Below are positions 1-9,471 of a DNA stretch of 64,000 nt, in pieces. Every line of letters begins with the position of its first letter. The first letter of the stretch is position 1. Origin of the DNA: a virus (taxonomy: Duplodnaviria > Caudoviricetes); IMG/VR virus record IMGVR_UViG_3300025383_000009, one strand, 5' to 3'. The notes beneath the pieces are model-generated. The model saw only the letters and a list, made by a program, of their open reading frames with translations, had not been told where the DNA came from and ran no database searches. Both the position numbers and the translations under genes were made by a program.

Positions 1-1
1 A

Positions 2-1096
2 GCATTAACAGTAGTAGGTAACACTATTATTGAAAACACATTTATCAATAATGCTTTTGTTAATACCACAGATACTCTTGTTGTTTCTAATACAACATCA
101 GCAACATCAACAGGAAGTGGTGCTTTACAAGTAGTTGGTGGTGCAGGTATTCAAGGTAATGTATACACAGGCAATCATGTTATTGTTGGTGCAGGTAATG
201 GTGTTACATTTGTAGATGGAACAATACAAACAACGGCAGGTTCTTCAGTAGCCAATACTGTATATCTTACTGGTGTTAATCTAACACAAAATGCTAATAT
301 TATTGGTGCATTCACGCAGGCAAATTCCGCTGGTGCTAATACTGTTTACTTACAGGGAGGTCTCAATACTGCTAATGCTAATACCATATATCTCCAAGGT
401 GGTCTTAATACAGCAAATGCTAATTCTACCTTAATATTTTCATTACTGAATACTGCTAATGCTAATATGGCATCTATATTTGCTCAAGCAAATGCGGCTT
501 TCTTAAAAGCAAATAATGCAGTTGCTAATCTTGGTCCTGTTGTAACAATCAATACTGCTTCGTATTTGTATGTGCCTAACACAACAGTTTCCACATCAAA
601 CACAACTGGAGCTTTAGTTATTTCTGGTGGTATGGGTATCACCGGCAACTTGTTTATGTCAGCCGCTAACAACTTCTATACCACAACAGCATCAGCAAGT
701 TATAGATTAGGTTGGACAGATAATTATTTTATGAGAGATTTTGTTTTTAACGGCATGAATTTTAATGGAAATTTTCTTTCTATTACTTCAGGCCAATTTT
801 ATACACAAGCAGGTATCTTCGCAACTTTTAGAGGTCCTATTAATAATGATACCGGCAATAACGTAGTTGTTATTAGTGGAACTTCAGGTGTATTGATTCA
901 AAATAATTTTTCTTCCACATCAAATACAACAGGAGCTCTTGTAGTAAGTGGAGGTATAGGTGCTGTAGGTAACATCTATTCAAGTAACAATCTAATCACA
1001 ACGGCAAACGTCACACTAGCAAACTCACAAGGTGGTACGGGTGCTACTATTTCTTATAACGTAACCGCTCAATCTATCGACTTCTTCTTTAGGTAA
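2..1096 (+). CDS. Tail fibre-like structural protein, 5'-truncated (frame open from window start)
   Basis: The frame of the listed 467..1096 ORF has no stop from position 2 (ALTVVGNTII...). N/T/A/G-rich, with YLQGGLNTANAN and STSNTTGALVVxGG shaft-like repeats shared with 3730 and 10490. Confidence 0.7.
   Translation, partial: ALTVVGNTIIENTFINNAFVNTTDTLVVSNTTSATSTGSGALQVVGGAGIQGNVYTGNHVIVGAGNGVTFVDGTIQTTAGSSVANTVYLTGVNLTQNANIIGAFTQANSAGANTVYLQGGLNTANANTIYLQGGLNTANANSTLIFSLLNTANANMASIFAQANAAFLKANNAVANLGPVVTINTASYLYVPNTTVSTSNTTGALVISGGMGITGNLFMSAANNFYTTTASASYRLGWTDNYFMRDFVFNGMNFNGNFLSITSGQFYTQAGIFATFRGPINNDTGNNVVVISGTSGVLIQNNFSSTSNTTGALVVSGGIGAVGNIYSSNNLITTANVTLANSQGGTGATISYNVTAQSIDFFFR
624..729 (+). 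repeat. Dispersed 106-bp repeat, copy 1 (copy 2 at 3851-3956)
   Basis: Manual alignment of 624-729 with 3851-3956 shows 3 mismatches. A second shared block of about 43 bp lies at 888-930 vs 4108-4150 (1 mismatch). Confidence 0.9.
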
Positions 1097-1102
1097 TATA
1101 TT

Positions 1103-3700
1103 ATGGCGACAAAAGTCGTATTCATCACAACTACAGGCGCAGGAACATTTACAATACCATCTGATTTTGGTTCACTGGTATCCGTCGAAGCTATTGGCGG
1201 TGGCGGTAGTGGGAGTAATTTAGGAGGTGCAGGCGGAGGAGCCGCATACGCAAAATCAACTTCTATAACAGGTTTATATGCTGGATTAACTACTTATTAT
1301 ACTGTAGGAGCAGGAGCAACTACAACAACAGGAGCTGCAGGAGGTGATACTTGGTTTAATACATCAAATGCCGCACCGACATTATCAAGCACAGGAGTTT
1401 TAGCTAAAGGTGGAGGTGCAGCTTCTGGTACATCTTCAGGAGCTGGTGGTGCATCTGCATCTTCTGTAGGAACTACAACATATTCTGGTGGCACAGTCAC
1501 TTCCGCTGCTCCAAGTGGCGCTGCAGGAGGTGGAGGTGCTGCAGGACCAGGAGGTATTGGTGGGAATGGATCTATAGGAAACACAACATCTACAGGACGT
1601 GGAGGTGGCGGTGGAGGAGCTTCTCTAACTAATTCAGGTGGAAATGCAACTTCAGCTTCAGCAAGTGCAGGTGCTACTGGAGGTAATGGTGGCGGTGGCA
1701 CCGGTGGTGGAGCTGGTTCAACTGTAAGTGGAGTGAATGGCACAGCTGGAACAGCAGGCACTGGCGGGGGTGGTGGCGGCGCATTTGGAACTTTAGGATT
1801 TGGTGGTGTTGGTGCTGCTGGTAGTTATTGGACCTCAACACAATTATGGAATGGAACAACATTATCAGATAGTGTTACAACTGGTGGTTCTGGTGGTGGA
1901 GGTGGTGCAACTATTACAGCAAGCGGTAATGGAGTTACAGGTGGTTTATATGGCGGTGGTGGAGGTGGATCTGGTGCTGGTGGCGGTCCTGGTGCACAAG
2001 GCATCATTGTGTTTACCTATAATACTGCAATTCCAGGAGCAAGATTATACAATAAAGGCACTCTTGTAATAGCAAACACAAATTATCAGTTTGATGAAGT
2101 CACTCAATCTAATGTAAGTATACAACAAACTGCTTTCTATTCTGGTTATTTTGATGAAGTGACCAACCAATATTCTATAACTCCTATGAGAATTGCTAAT
2201 ACAAGCACAGGTGTTAAATCTATTTTAGTTTCCGATTTATTTGATGAAGTATCTGATATTAATCAGGTGCCAACTGTTGTATATTCAGCATCTGTTGCTG
2301 TTGTTGCTGGTGGTGGAGGTGGTGCAGGTTGGATAAATGGTCAAGCTAACGGTGGTGGCGGTGGTGCAGGCGGACTCTTATCAGCAAACGTAGGATTAAT
2401 TTCAGGTCAAACATATACTGTTACTGTTGGTGGTGGCGGTGCAGGTGCTGGTGGTGGTTCATCTGGTTCAAACGGATCAAATTCATCTATAGTTACAACT
2501 ATTTCACCAGGAATTTCTTTCGTTTCATCAGCGGTATCAGTTCAAAATTCAGTATCAACAACCATAACAGTTACAATTCCTTCAGTAACCAACGGACAAC
2601 TAATGATTATGTCCTTATCATTTAATGGTAGTGGTATCGCAACTACACCGTCAGGATGGAATTTAGCTGCATCTGGTACTCAGCGTTATACATATTGGCG
2701 TATAGCATCTTCAGAACCTGCAAGTTATACAGTAACTTACTCAAGTAGTGTAACGGCAGATGCAATTGTTGTTGCTTATGCAAATGCTCAAATAGACCAA
2801 ATTGGTGCTTATGGATTATCTGGAAATCCATCAACTCCTGGATCTATCACAGTTACAAATCCAAATAGTTGGGTTTATTATTATTCAAGTGCTGTGTTAG
2901 TAGCAAGTGATACTTTTTCAACCCCTACAGGATATACATTAAGAGCATCCGATATTGATGCAACTTCACCTTCAGCTTATGTGTGGGACATATCAGGTAT
3001 ATCAGCTGGTGCTTATACAGCGCCATCGACTACACCATTATCAGGAAATCCACAAAGTGTCATCATATCTTTAACTGCAACAGTAACGCAAACATCTACA
3101 CTTTCATTAATTGCTTTAGGTGGTGGTGGAGGTGGTTCTTACACAGCCGTAGGTTATGCTGGTGGTTCAGGTGGTGGTGCTGGAGGTCGTTCAACTCCTG
3201 GAGCTGCAACACAACCAACAAGCACAAATGGCGGTTTTGGTAACTCTGGTGGTATTGGAGATGGTAGCACAAATGCTGGAGGTGGCGGAGGTGCTGGAGC
3301 TGCAGGGTCTAGTGCTACATCTGGAAGTGCCGGCGGTGTAGGCTTACCTAATCCAATTGTAGGTTCAACAGTAGGACAATTAAGTGTTTCAACATATTAT
3401 CTAGCAGGTGGTGGTGGCGGAACATTTAGTGGTGGAGGACTAGGTGGTGGCGGCCAAGCAGGATTTGTTCAAAACTCAACAATAAATGGAACAAATAATA
3501 CAGGTGGTGGTGGAGGTGGTTTTGGTGGTTCAACTGGTGTATCATTAAATGGTGGAACAGGTGGTTCGGGTGTTGTTATCATTTCTGTACCTACTTCAAG
3601 ATATACAGGACTTGTTACAGGTTCACCAACTGTTACTGCATCAGGCGCAAATACATTAATTACATTTACAACAGTAGGAACAGGTTCTTATACCGCTTAA
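1103..3700 (+). CDS. Glycine-rich virion structural/fibre protein (865 aa)
   Basis: Two long GGGG-rich regions flank a central beta-rich domain, with three FDEV motifs in the linker; lies in the fibre gene cluster. Confidence 0.65.
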   Translation: MATKVVFITTTGAGTFTIPSDFGSLVSVEAIGGGGSGSNLGGAGGGAAYAKSTSITGLYAGLTTYYTVGAGATTTTGAAGGDTWFNTSNAAPTLSSTGVLAKGGGAASGTSSGAGGASASSVGTTTYSGGTVTSAAPSGAAGGGGAAGPGGIGGNGSIGNTTSTGRGGGGGGASLTNSGGNATSASASAGATGGNGGGGTGGGAGSTVSGVNGTAGTAGTGGGGGGAFGTLGFGGVGAAGSYWTSTQLWNGTTLSDSVTTGGSGGGGGATITASGNGVTGGLYGGGGGGSGAGGGPGAQGIIVFTYNTAIPGARLYNKGTLVIANTNYQFDEVTQSNVSIQQTAFYSGYFDEVTNQYSITPMRIANTSTGVKSILVSDLFDEVSDINQVPTVVYSASVAVVAGGGGGAGWINGQANGGGGGAGGLLSANVGLISGQTYTVTVGGGGAGAGGGSSGSNGSNSSIVTTISPGISFVSSAVSVQNSVSTTITVTIPSVTNGQLMIMSLSFNGSGIATTPSGWNLAASGTQRYTYWRIASSEPASYTVTYSSSVTADAIVVAYANAQIDQIGAYGLSGNPSTPGSITVTNPNSWVYYYSSAVLVASDTFSTPTGYTLRASDIDATSPSAYVWDISGISAGAYTAPSTTPLSGNPQSVIISLTATVTQTSTLSLIALGGGGGGSYTAVGYAGGSGGGAGGRSTPGAATQPTSTNGGFGNSGGIGDGSTNAGGGGGAGAAGSSATSGSAGGVGLPNPIVGSTVGQLSVSTYYLAGGGGGTFSGGGLGGGGQAGFVQNSTINGTNNTGGGGGGFGGSTGVSLNGGTGGSGVVIISVPTSRYTGLVTGSPTVTASGANTLITFTTVGTGSYTA

Positions 3701-3706
3701 TAAATA
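3699..3706 (+). promoter_or_regulatory. T4-type late promoter (AATAAATA)
   Basis: One mismatch to the gp55 consensus TATAAATA, just upstream of the 3730 RBS and start. Confidence 0.55.
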
Positions 3707-3729
3707 CAAGATAACATTGAGAGAAAAAT

Positions 3730-4569
3730 ATGGCACGTCTACAATCTAATACTACAATATACGGTACCGCAAATGTTCAGAGTTCATTGAATGTTGGCTA
3801 TGTCACACCTTTCACTTCTACGTCTAATACGACAGGTTCGCTTGTTGTTACTGGTGGTATGGGTATCACCGGCAACTTGTTTATGTCATCTGCTAACAAC
3901 TTCTATACCACAACAGCATCAGTAAGTTATAGATTAGGTTGGACAGATAATTATTTCCAAAGAGATGCTATTTACAATGGCGTATTTTTTACTGGTAATT
4001 ATTTACAAATAAGTAATCAATTTATTACGGCTGGTGGTTTAGATGTTCGTTCAGTTATTTACAATGATGCTGGTGGTAACAATATTGTTTTATTTGGAGG
4101 TCAATCTGGTGTATTAATTCAAAATAATTTTTCTTCCACATCAAATACAACTGGTGCTTTAGTGGTTTCTGGTGGTGCAGGTATCAAAGGTAACGTATAT
4201 ACAGGAACATTATATTCAACATCAGGTGGTATAGGATATCCAACAGGTATTGCTGCTGGTGGTTCAATAGTTCAAAATACTTCTAGAACATCTGGTGTAA
4301 CACTCAATACATTAACTGGTCAGATTACATTATTCTCTACTACAGGTACTACAAACGTGGCTACATCATTTACATTAACAAATTCAAATATTGGTGCTAA
4401 CGATATGTTGTTACTTAACCATTTTTCTGGTGGCACTATTGGTGCTTATGCTCTTGCTGCTAATACAGCTGCAGGTTCTGCTCAAATTACCGTAAGACCA
4501 ATATTTACAACAACAGTAGCAGAAGCACCTATTATTCAGTTTGCTTTAATTAAATCATCAGTCACTTAA
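3730..4569 (+). CDS. Tail fibre-related protein, partial paralogue of ORF 2..1096
   Basis: Shares near-identical DNA blocks and STSNTTG-L-V-GG motifs with ORF1; has a distinct C-terminal domain. Confidence 0.65.
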   Translation: MARLQSNTTIYGTANVQSSLNVGYVTPFTSTSNTTGSLVVTGGMGITGNLFMSSANNFYTTTASVSYRLGWTDNYFQRDAIYNGVFFTGNYLQISNQFITAGGLDVRSVIYNDAGGNNIVLFGGQSGVLIQNNFSSTSNTTGALVVSGGAGIKGNVYTGTLYSTSGGIGYPTGIAAGGSIVQNTSRTSGVTLNTLTGQITLFSTTGTTNVATSFTLTNSNIGANDMLLLNHFSGGTIGAYALAANTAAGSAQITVRPIFTTTVAEAPIIQFALIKSSVT

Positions 4570-4570
4570 T

Positions 4571-5377
4571 ATGTCATTAAGATTAACAGGCGCTTACGGA
4601 CTTGTAGCTAACAATAATGTAGTTGCTAATGTTGTTGTGGCTAATACATCCGTAACAACAAATGTAATTACTTCAAATACAGTTACGTCAAACACAGTAA
4701 CAACAAATGTAATTACTTCAAATACAGTTACGTCAAACACAGTAACAACAAATGTAATTACTTCAAATACAGTCACTTCAAATACAATTACTGTTCAAGG
4801 AACTATAACGGCTCAAAGTCTTATTGTTACAGGAGGAATAACTCCTGTTTTTAATGCAAACAATATTAGTGCAAATGTTATAACAGCAAACACAATTACT
4901 TCAAATGTAATTACTTCAGGTGTTTTAAATGTTCAAAATACAGCAAGTTTTTTTGGTACACAAACACAAGTAGCTGCTAATTTACAAAATGTTATAGAAT
5001 CCGTTAATGTTATAGCAACTGCAGCTGCAACAACACAACCTTACTATATTGCTAATGGTGCAGTTATCTACCATACAACAAATGCTACAGCCACTTCAAC
5101 CGTCAATTTAACATATTCTCCAACAGCAACTATTAATTCTATATTATTACCAGGTCAATCAATTAGTATAGCTTTGCTAATGACACAAGGAACAACCGCT
5201 TTTTATGTTAATGTTGTTCAAGTTGATGGAACAACAACTGGCGTTACAACTTATTGGCAAGGCGGTACTACACCAACAGCTGGTAATCCTTCAGGTGTTG
5301 ATGTATATACATTTACAATAATTAAATTAACGGCAACACCTACATATACCGTATTAGCATCACAAACAAAATTCTAA
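4571..5377 (+). CDS. Structural fibre/decoration protein with VTTNVITSNTVTSNT repeats
   Basis: T/N/V-rich tandem repeats followed by a beta-rich C-terminal domain; fibre cluster context. Confidence 0.6.
   Translation: MSLRLTGAYGLVANNNVVANVVVANTSVTTNVITSNTVTSNTVTTNVITSNTVTSNTVTTNVITSNTVTSNTITVQGTITAQSLIVTGGITPVFNANNISANVITANTITSNVITSGVLNVQNTASFFGTQTQVAANLQNVIESVNVIATAAATTQPYYIANGAVIYHTTNATATSTVNLTYSPTATINSILLPGQSISIALLMTQGTTAFYVNVVQVDGTTTGVTTYWQGGTTPTAGNPSGVDVYTFTIIKLTATPTYTVLASQTKF
4652..4786 (+). repeat. In-frame 45-bp tandem repeat, about 3 copies
   Basis: GTAACAACAAATGTAATTACTTCAAATACAGTTACGTCAAACACA at 4652 and 4697, with a slightly diverged copy at 4742. Confidence 0.9.
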
Positions 5378-5383
5378 TATATC

Positions 5384-6331
5384 ATGCCAACGATTATAAC
5401 TAGAGGATCAGCTGCATTAAAAAATTATGGATGGACCATAGGCATAGGTGCTAAATTGAACACCATTGGTTTGTTTTTTGGCGGCGTTAATTCATACTGT
5501 GGTACATGCATTAAAGTTACTCGTATTAATAAATGTAACGCTCAAATAGGTTCTGAAACTTCAGCTGGAACTAGCCATAATAACTCTGGCTCAGCTGGGG
5601 CAAGAATAGGATGTAACGGTGTGTATTATGGTGGTGTTCTTTGTAATTGTGGTTCTATAGGTAACCCAAATAATAAAGTTACTCGTATTAATAAATGTGG
5701 AGCTTTAGTAGGTTCTGAAGGTGCAGTTGGGACGGCTAGAGGATTTCTTGCTGGAGCTGCAGTAGGATGTAATGGCATGTATTTCGGTGGAACAACGAAC
5801 GGTGCAACTATTTATAATCTAGCTACTCGTATTAATAGATGTGGAGCTTTGGTAGGTGAAGCTTCAGTAACTGGTGCAACAGTTAAATATCTTCATGCTG
5901 GAGCTGCAGTAGGATGTAATGGCATGTTTTATGGTGGAGTGAATACAGGTGGTCCTTATAATTCACTTTCTCGTATTAATAAATGTGGAGCTTTAGTAGG
6001 TTCAGAAACTACAGCTGGCACAGCTAGGGCATGTTTTGCTGGAGCTGCAGTAGGATGTAATGCAATGTTTTATGCTGGATTGTGCGAAAAAAATACAGTT
6101 ACTCGTATTAATAAATGTGGAGCTTTAGTAGGTTCTGAAGGTGCAGTTGGGACGGGTAGGAATGGTCCAGGCGGAGCTGCAGTAGGATGTTATGGAATAT
6201 TTTATGCTGGCGAGAATAATACCCCATACACCAATTTATCAACTAAAATTAATAAATGTGGAGCTTTAGTAGGTTCAGAAGCATCTATTGGAACAGCAAG
6301 ATGGCGTGTAGCCGGAGCAGGAGTTCCATAA
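5384..6331 (+). CDS. Cys/Gly-rich six-repeat (Kelch-like beta-propeller) protein
   Basis: Six units of about 44-54 aa with consensus TRINKCGALVGSE..GTAR...AGAAVGCNG.F.GG, resembling a Kelch blade. Confidence 0.6.
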   Translation: MPTIITRGSAALKNYGWTIGIGAKLNTIGLFFGGVNSYCGTCIKVTRINKCNAQIGSETSAGTSHNNSGSAGARIGCNGVYYGGVLCNCGSIGNPNNKVTRINKCGALVGSEGAVGTARGFLAGAAVGCNGMYFGGTTNGATIYNLATRINRCGALVGEASVTGATVKYLHAGAAVGCNGMFYGGVNTGGPYNSLSRINKCGALVGSETTAGTARACFAGAAVGCNAMFYAGLCEKNTVTRINKCGALVGSEGAVGTGRNGPGGAAVGCYGIFYAGENNTPYTNLSTKINKCGALVGSEASIGTARWRVAGAGVP

Positions 6332-6340
6332 GGATATTAT

Positions 6341-6898
6341 ATGTCAAGAGTGAATCATAACGCACAATACATCTACGAGATAGATGGTGAAACAATTTGG
6401 GAAAAGCTACGAGTCATTCGTAATATGCTGAACGATAGAAAAAGGTCTTTAGCATTAGCTAATCTCAATAAAGAAGAAATGCTTCTTAAAGACAAAAATT
6501 CTTTTGAATATAAAAAATATCTTATTGACAAAGAACACCAAGATGAACTGATTAAAGATTGTGAAAACGAAATAGAATTTTTAACAGAATTTGAATCTTA
6601 TCTAGCTAAAGAAGCAGAAAAAACTCGTATACCTGGTAAAACAGATGATGAGATGTATGAAATAAACTTTTATCTTGAATTACAAACTAGATTGGTGCGT
6701 AGAGCACAAGCACAAATTATATCTCACGGTAGAATAGAAGTTGAAACTCTGCAGAGAATATTAAAAAATCCAAGTGCTTTAAAAGTATGTATAGATACTG
6801 GATTATTATCAGCTGAAGTATTTAAATTAACTAATGAAAAATTATTACCTAATAGTGATTTTTCAATTAAATATATAGAGAATTGTAATGAGGATTAA
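6341..6898 (+). CDS. Hypothetical coiled-coil protein
   Basis: 185-aa ORF with AGGA RBS; helical, charged composition. Confidence 0.6.
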   Translation: MSRVNHNAQYIYEIDGETIWEKLRVIRNMLNDRKRSLALANLNKEEMLLKDKNSFEYKKYLIDKEHQDELIKDCENEIEFLTEFESYLAKEAEKTRIPGKTDDEMYEINFYLELQTRLVRRAQAQIISHGRIEVETLQRILKNPSALKVCIDTGLLSAEVFKLTNEKLLPNSDFSIKYIENCNED

Positions 6899-6904
6899 TA
6901 AAAC

Positions 6905-7537
6905 ATGAATAGTGAATTAGATGAATTGCAGTTTTTTAGTAGCCCGGTTTATTTCATATCAGCATTAGAGCATTTAGATAAAGTCAAAGAAGTAGCTAAC
7001 GATCCAACATACTACAATCCAAATAATACACTTGATGATAATTTTGGTAAAATGTCTGCTGACATTTCTTCTGATGAAAGAATACATGATTTTTGTTTGA
7101 ATGTTATACAATCATCTTGGAATATATTAGAACACCAAGGTTATATGATGTCTAATTACCATACCATATTTGAATCTATGTGGGTGCAAAATCACAATAA
7201 ACATTCACATATGCCTTATCACACACATTCTGGTGGTGTGCAACTTGTAGGATTTTATTTTTTAGACGTGCCTGAAAATTCATCAAAATTAATTATTCAT
7301 GATCCTAGAATTGCTAAAACACAAATTGATTTAGAAGAAATTAATCCTAAGGAAATAACTTTAGCTTCAAAAATGGTTACTTTTATACCAAAAGCCGGTG
7401 ATTTAATATTAATCAATGCTTGGTTAGCACATTCACTTTCTAGTAACTTATCTGATGATACTTTAAAATTTGTGCATATTAATATTGGCACACAAAAAAT
7501 TGCTAATAATCCTCCACCTGCACCTATCATAATTTGA
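6905..7537 (+). CDS. 2OG-Fe(II) oxygenase (TIGR02466-like)
   Basis: HTH...LVGFYF and PKAGDLILINAWLAH motifs typical of this DSBH family. Confidence 0.75.
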   Translation: MNSELDELQFFSSPVYFISALEHLDKVKEVANDPTYYNPNNTLDDNFGKMSADISSDERIHDFCLNVIQSSWNILEHQGYMMSNYHTIFESMWVQNHNKHSHMPYHTHSGGVQLVGFYFLDVPENSSKLIIHDPRIAKTQIDLEEINPKEITLASKMVTFIPKAGDLILINAWLAHSLSSNLSDDTLKFVHINIGTQKIANNPPPAPIII

Positions 7538-7779
7538 TGAACAAATATCTTATAAGATTTAACAAATCTCGTGGAAAACCTAATAGAGGAACCATGGATC
7601 ATGTTTGGCGAGTATTTGAAAACGACCAAGAATATCTTGTTAAAAATGTTAAAATTTTAGTACCATCGTATTCTGAAAAAAGTGGCAGTCAAATTGGAGA
7701 TGATTATAACATAGCTTGTGAAGGTTATATGACCATAGATAAAGTAACTTCAACCATCACAATATCTGATTCACAGTAA
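7534..7779 (+). CDS. Hypothetical protein
   Basis: 81-aa ORF coupled to the upstream gene by overlap. Confidence 0.6.
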   Translation: MMNKYLIRFNKSRGKPNRGTMDHVWRVFENDQEYLVKNVKILVPSYSEKSGSQIGDDYNIACEGYMTIDKVTSTITISDSQ

Positions 7780-7788
7780 AATCTTCAG

Positions 7789-7796
7789 CATAAATA
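7789..7796 (+). promoter_or_regulatory. T4-type late promoter (CATAAATA)
   Basis: One mismatch to TATAAATA, upstream of the AGGAG RBS of gp13. Confidence 0.6.
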
Positions 7797-7814
7797 CCTG
7801 ATTAGGAGATTTAT

Positions 7815-8588
7815 ATGGCTACAATAACCAACAGAACCGACTTCACAAACTATTGCCTCCGTAGACTAGGTTTTCCTGTCATTGATATTAACGTAGATGA
7901 CGACCAGGTCCAAGACCGTATTGATGACGCTCTACAATACTGGCAAGATTACCATTTTGATGGTCTACAAAAAGTTTATTGGATTAAAATATTAAATCAA
8001 ACAGATATCAATAATCAATATCTTGATGCTACAACAGCAGTAGATTCTAGTAATAATACATTAGAAATTGCTGGTGTGACAAGAATATTTCCACTATCTG
8101 ACTCTCAGGCTACCATTAATATGTTTGACTTGAGATACCAATTAAGACTTAATGAATTGTATGACTTCACATCTGCGTCCTACATCAATTATACTTTAAC
8201 ACAACAACATCTTCGTTCTTTAGAGATTATGTTTACTGGAGAAGTTCCTATTCGCTTCCAGAGGCATATGCAAAGACTTTATATTGATTGGAATTGGGGA
8301 CCTCAAGAAGCACCAGTTGGACAAGCTGTGATTGCCGAATGTTATGCTCTAATTGATCCAAATGTATATAATTTGGTATGGAATGACCGTTGGTTAAAAG
8401 AATATGCCACTGCTCTTATCAAGAGAAGTTGGGGTTCTAATATGAAAAAATTTGGTGGTCTACAATTACCAGGCGGTGTTACATTAAATGGTAACGAAAC
8501 TTATGACGAAGCAGTAGCAGAAATTGAAAGACTAGAGAAAGAAATGGAACAAAATTACGGTGCTCCATTGGAATTTTTCTTAAACTAA
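7815..8588 (+). CDS. gp13: Neck protein gp13
   Basis: YCLRRLGFPVIDINVDDDQV.DRIDDALQY and GGLQLPGGVTLNG motifs; synteny. Confidence 0.9.
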   Translation: MATITNRTDFTNYCLRRLGFPVIDINVDDDQVQDRIDDALQYWQDYHFDGLQKVYWIKILNQTDINNQYLDATTAVDSSNNTLEIAGVTRIFPLSDSQATINMFDLRYQLRLNELYDFTSASYINYTLTQQHLRSLEIMFTGEVPIRFQRHMQRLYIDWNWGPQEAPVGQAVIAECYALIDPNVYNLVWNDRWLKEYATALIKRSWGSNMKKFGGLQLPGGVTLNGNETYDEAVAEIERLEKEMEQNYGAPLEFFLN

Positions 8589-8589
8589 T

Positions 8590-9471
8590 ATGGCAACTAG
8601 TTTATATTTTAATTCTTATGGTTCACTAAATGAACAAAGACTAATCGAAGATTTGGTGGTGGAAAGCATTAAGGTTCAAGGATTTGATTGCTTCTATCTT
8701 CCAAACAATAACGATGCAGCTAGAGATTTATTATTTGGTGAAGATCCAGTCAAAAAGTTTTCATCAGCATTTCAATTAGAAATGTATCTTTCTAACTCAA
8801 CAGAATATATGGGAGAGAAAGAATTCTTTTCAAAGTTTGGTCTTGAAATTAAAAACAATGTAAATGTGATTGTATCTAAACGCTCATTCACACAAAGAGT
8901 TCCACAAAATACATTTACTCGACCTCGTGAAGGTGATTTAATTTGGATTCCATTTTTAAATGGCACTGGTGAATTATTTGAAATTAAATTTACTAATCAA
9001 ACAAAAGATTTCTTTATGTTAGGCAGAAAAGTGCCTTACTTCTATGAATTAGAATTAGAGAAATTTAAATACTCTAATGAAGTTATTAATACAGGAGATA
9101 GTGATATCGATAGCGTGGTTACAGATTCTTCATATACATTACACTTGAATCTAGGTTCAGGTACTGGTACATATACTATACCAGAGATTGTATATCAATC
9201 GTTAGATAACACATCAGCAAACTCATATGCTTCTGGTACCGTTCAATCGTTTATTAAATCATCTAATATATTAAGTGTTACAAACATTAAAGGTGAATTT
9301 ATTGATGGTTCAATAATCATTGGTGCTTCAAGTAATGCTCGTTATACATTATCAACATTTGATCCATTGAATACACCATCAACACATGAACAATATGATA
9401 ACTCATACATAAATCAACAGGGAATTTCAATTACTGATTTCTCTGAAACAAATCCTTTTGGTAATATATAA
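8590..9471 (+). CDS. gp14: Neck protein gp14 with extra C-terminal beta domain
   Basis: EQRLIEDLVVESI, FSKFGLEI, RPREGDLIW and FSETNPFG motifs; synteny. Confidence 0.9.
   Translation: MATSLYFNSYGSLNEQRLIEDLVVESIKVQGFDCFYLPNNNDAARDLLFGEDPVKKFSSAFQLEMYLSNSTEYMGEKEFFSKFGLEIKNNVNVIVSKRSFTQRVPQNTFTRPREGDLIWIPFLNGTGELFEIKFTNQTKDFFMLGRKVPYFYELELEKFKYSNEVINTGDSDIDSVVTDSSYTLHLNLGSGTGTYTIPEIVYQSLDNTSANSYASGTVQSFIKSSNILSVTNIKGEFIDGSIIIGASSNARYTLSTFDPLNTPSTHEQYDNSYINQQGISITDFSETNPFGNI

Noticed and set aside
1297-2007. Pro-rich antisense ORFs (1297..1761, 1825..2007)
   Set aside because: These are shadows of GGT/GGA/GGC Gly codons on the + strand, with no independent signals. The same applies to most other short overlapping ORFs in the track.
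4652-6331. CRISPR-like array suggested by repeated DNA units
   Set aside because: The repeats are in-frame coding units with protein-level periodicity; no constant repeat/unique spacer architecture and no cas genes.
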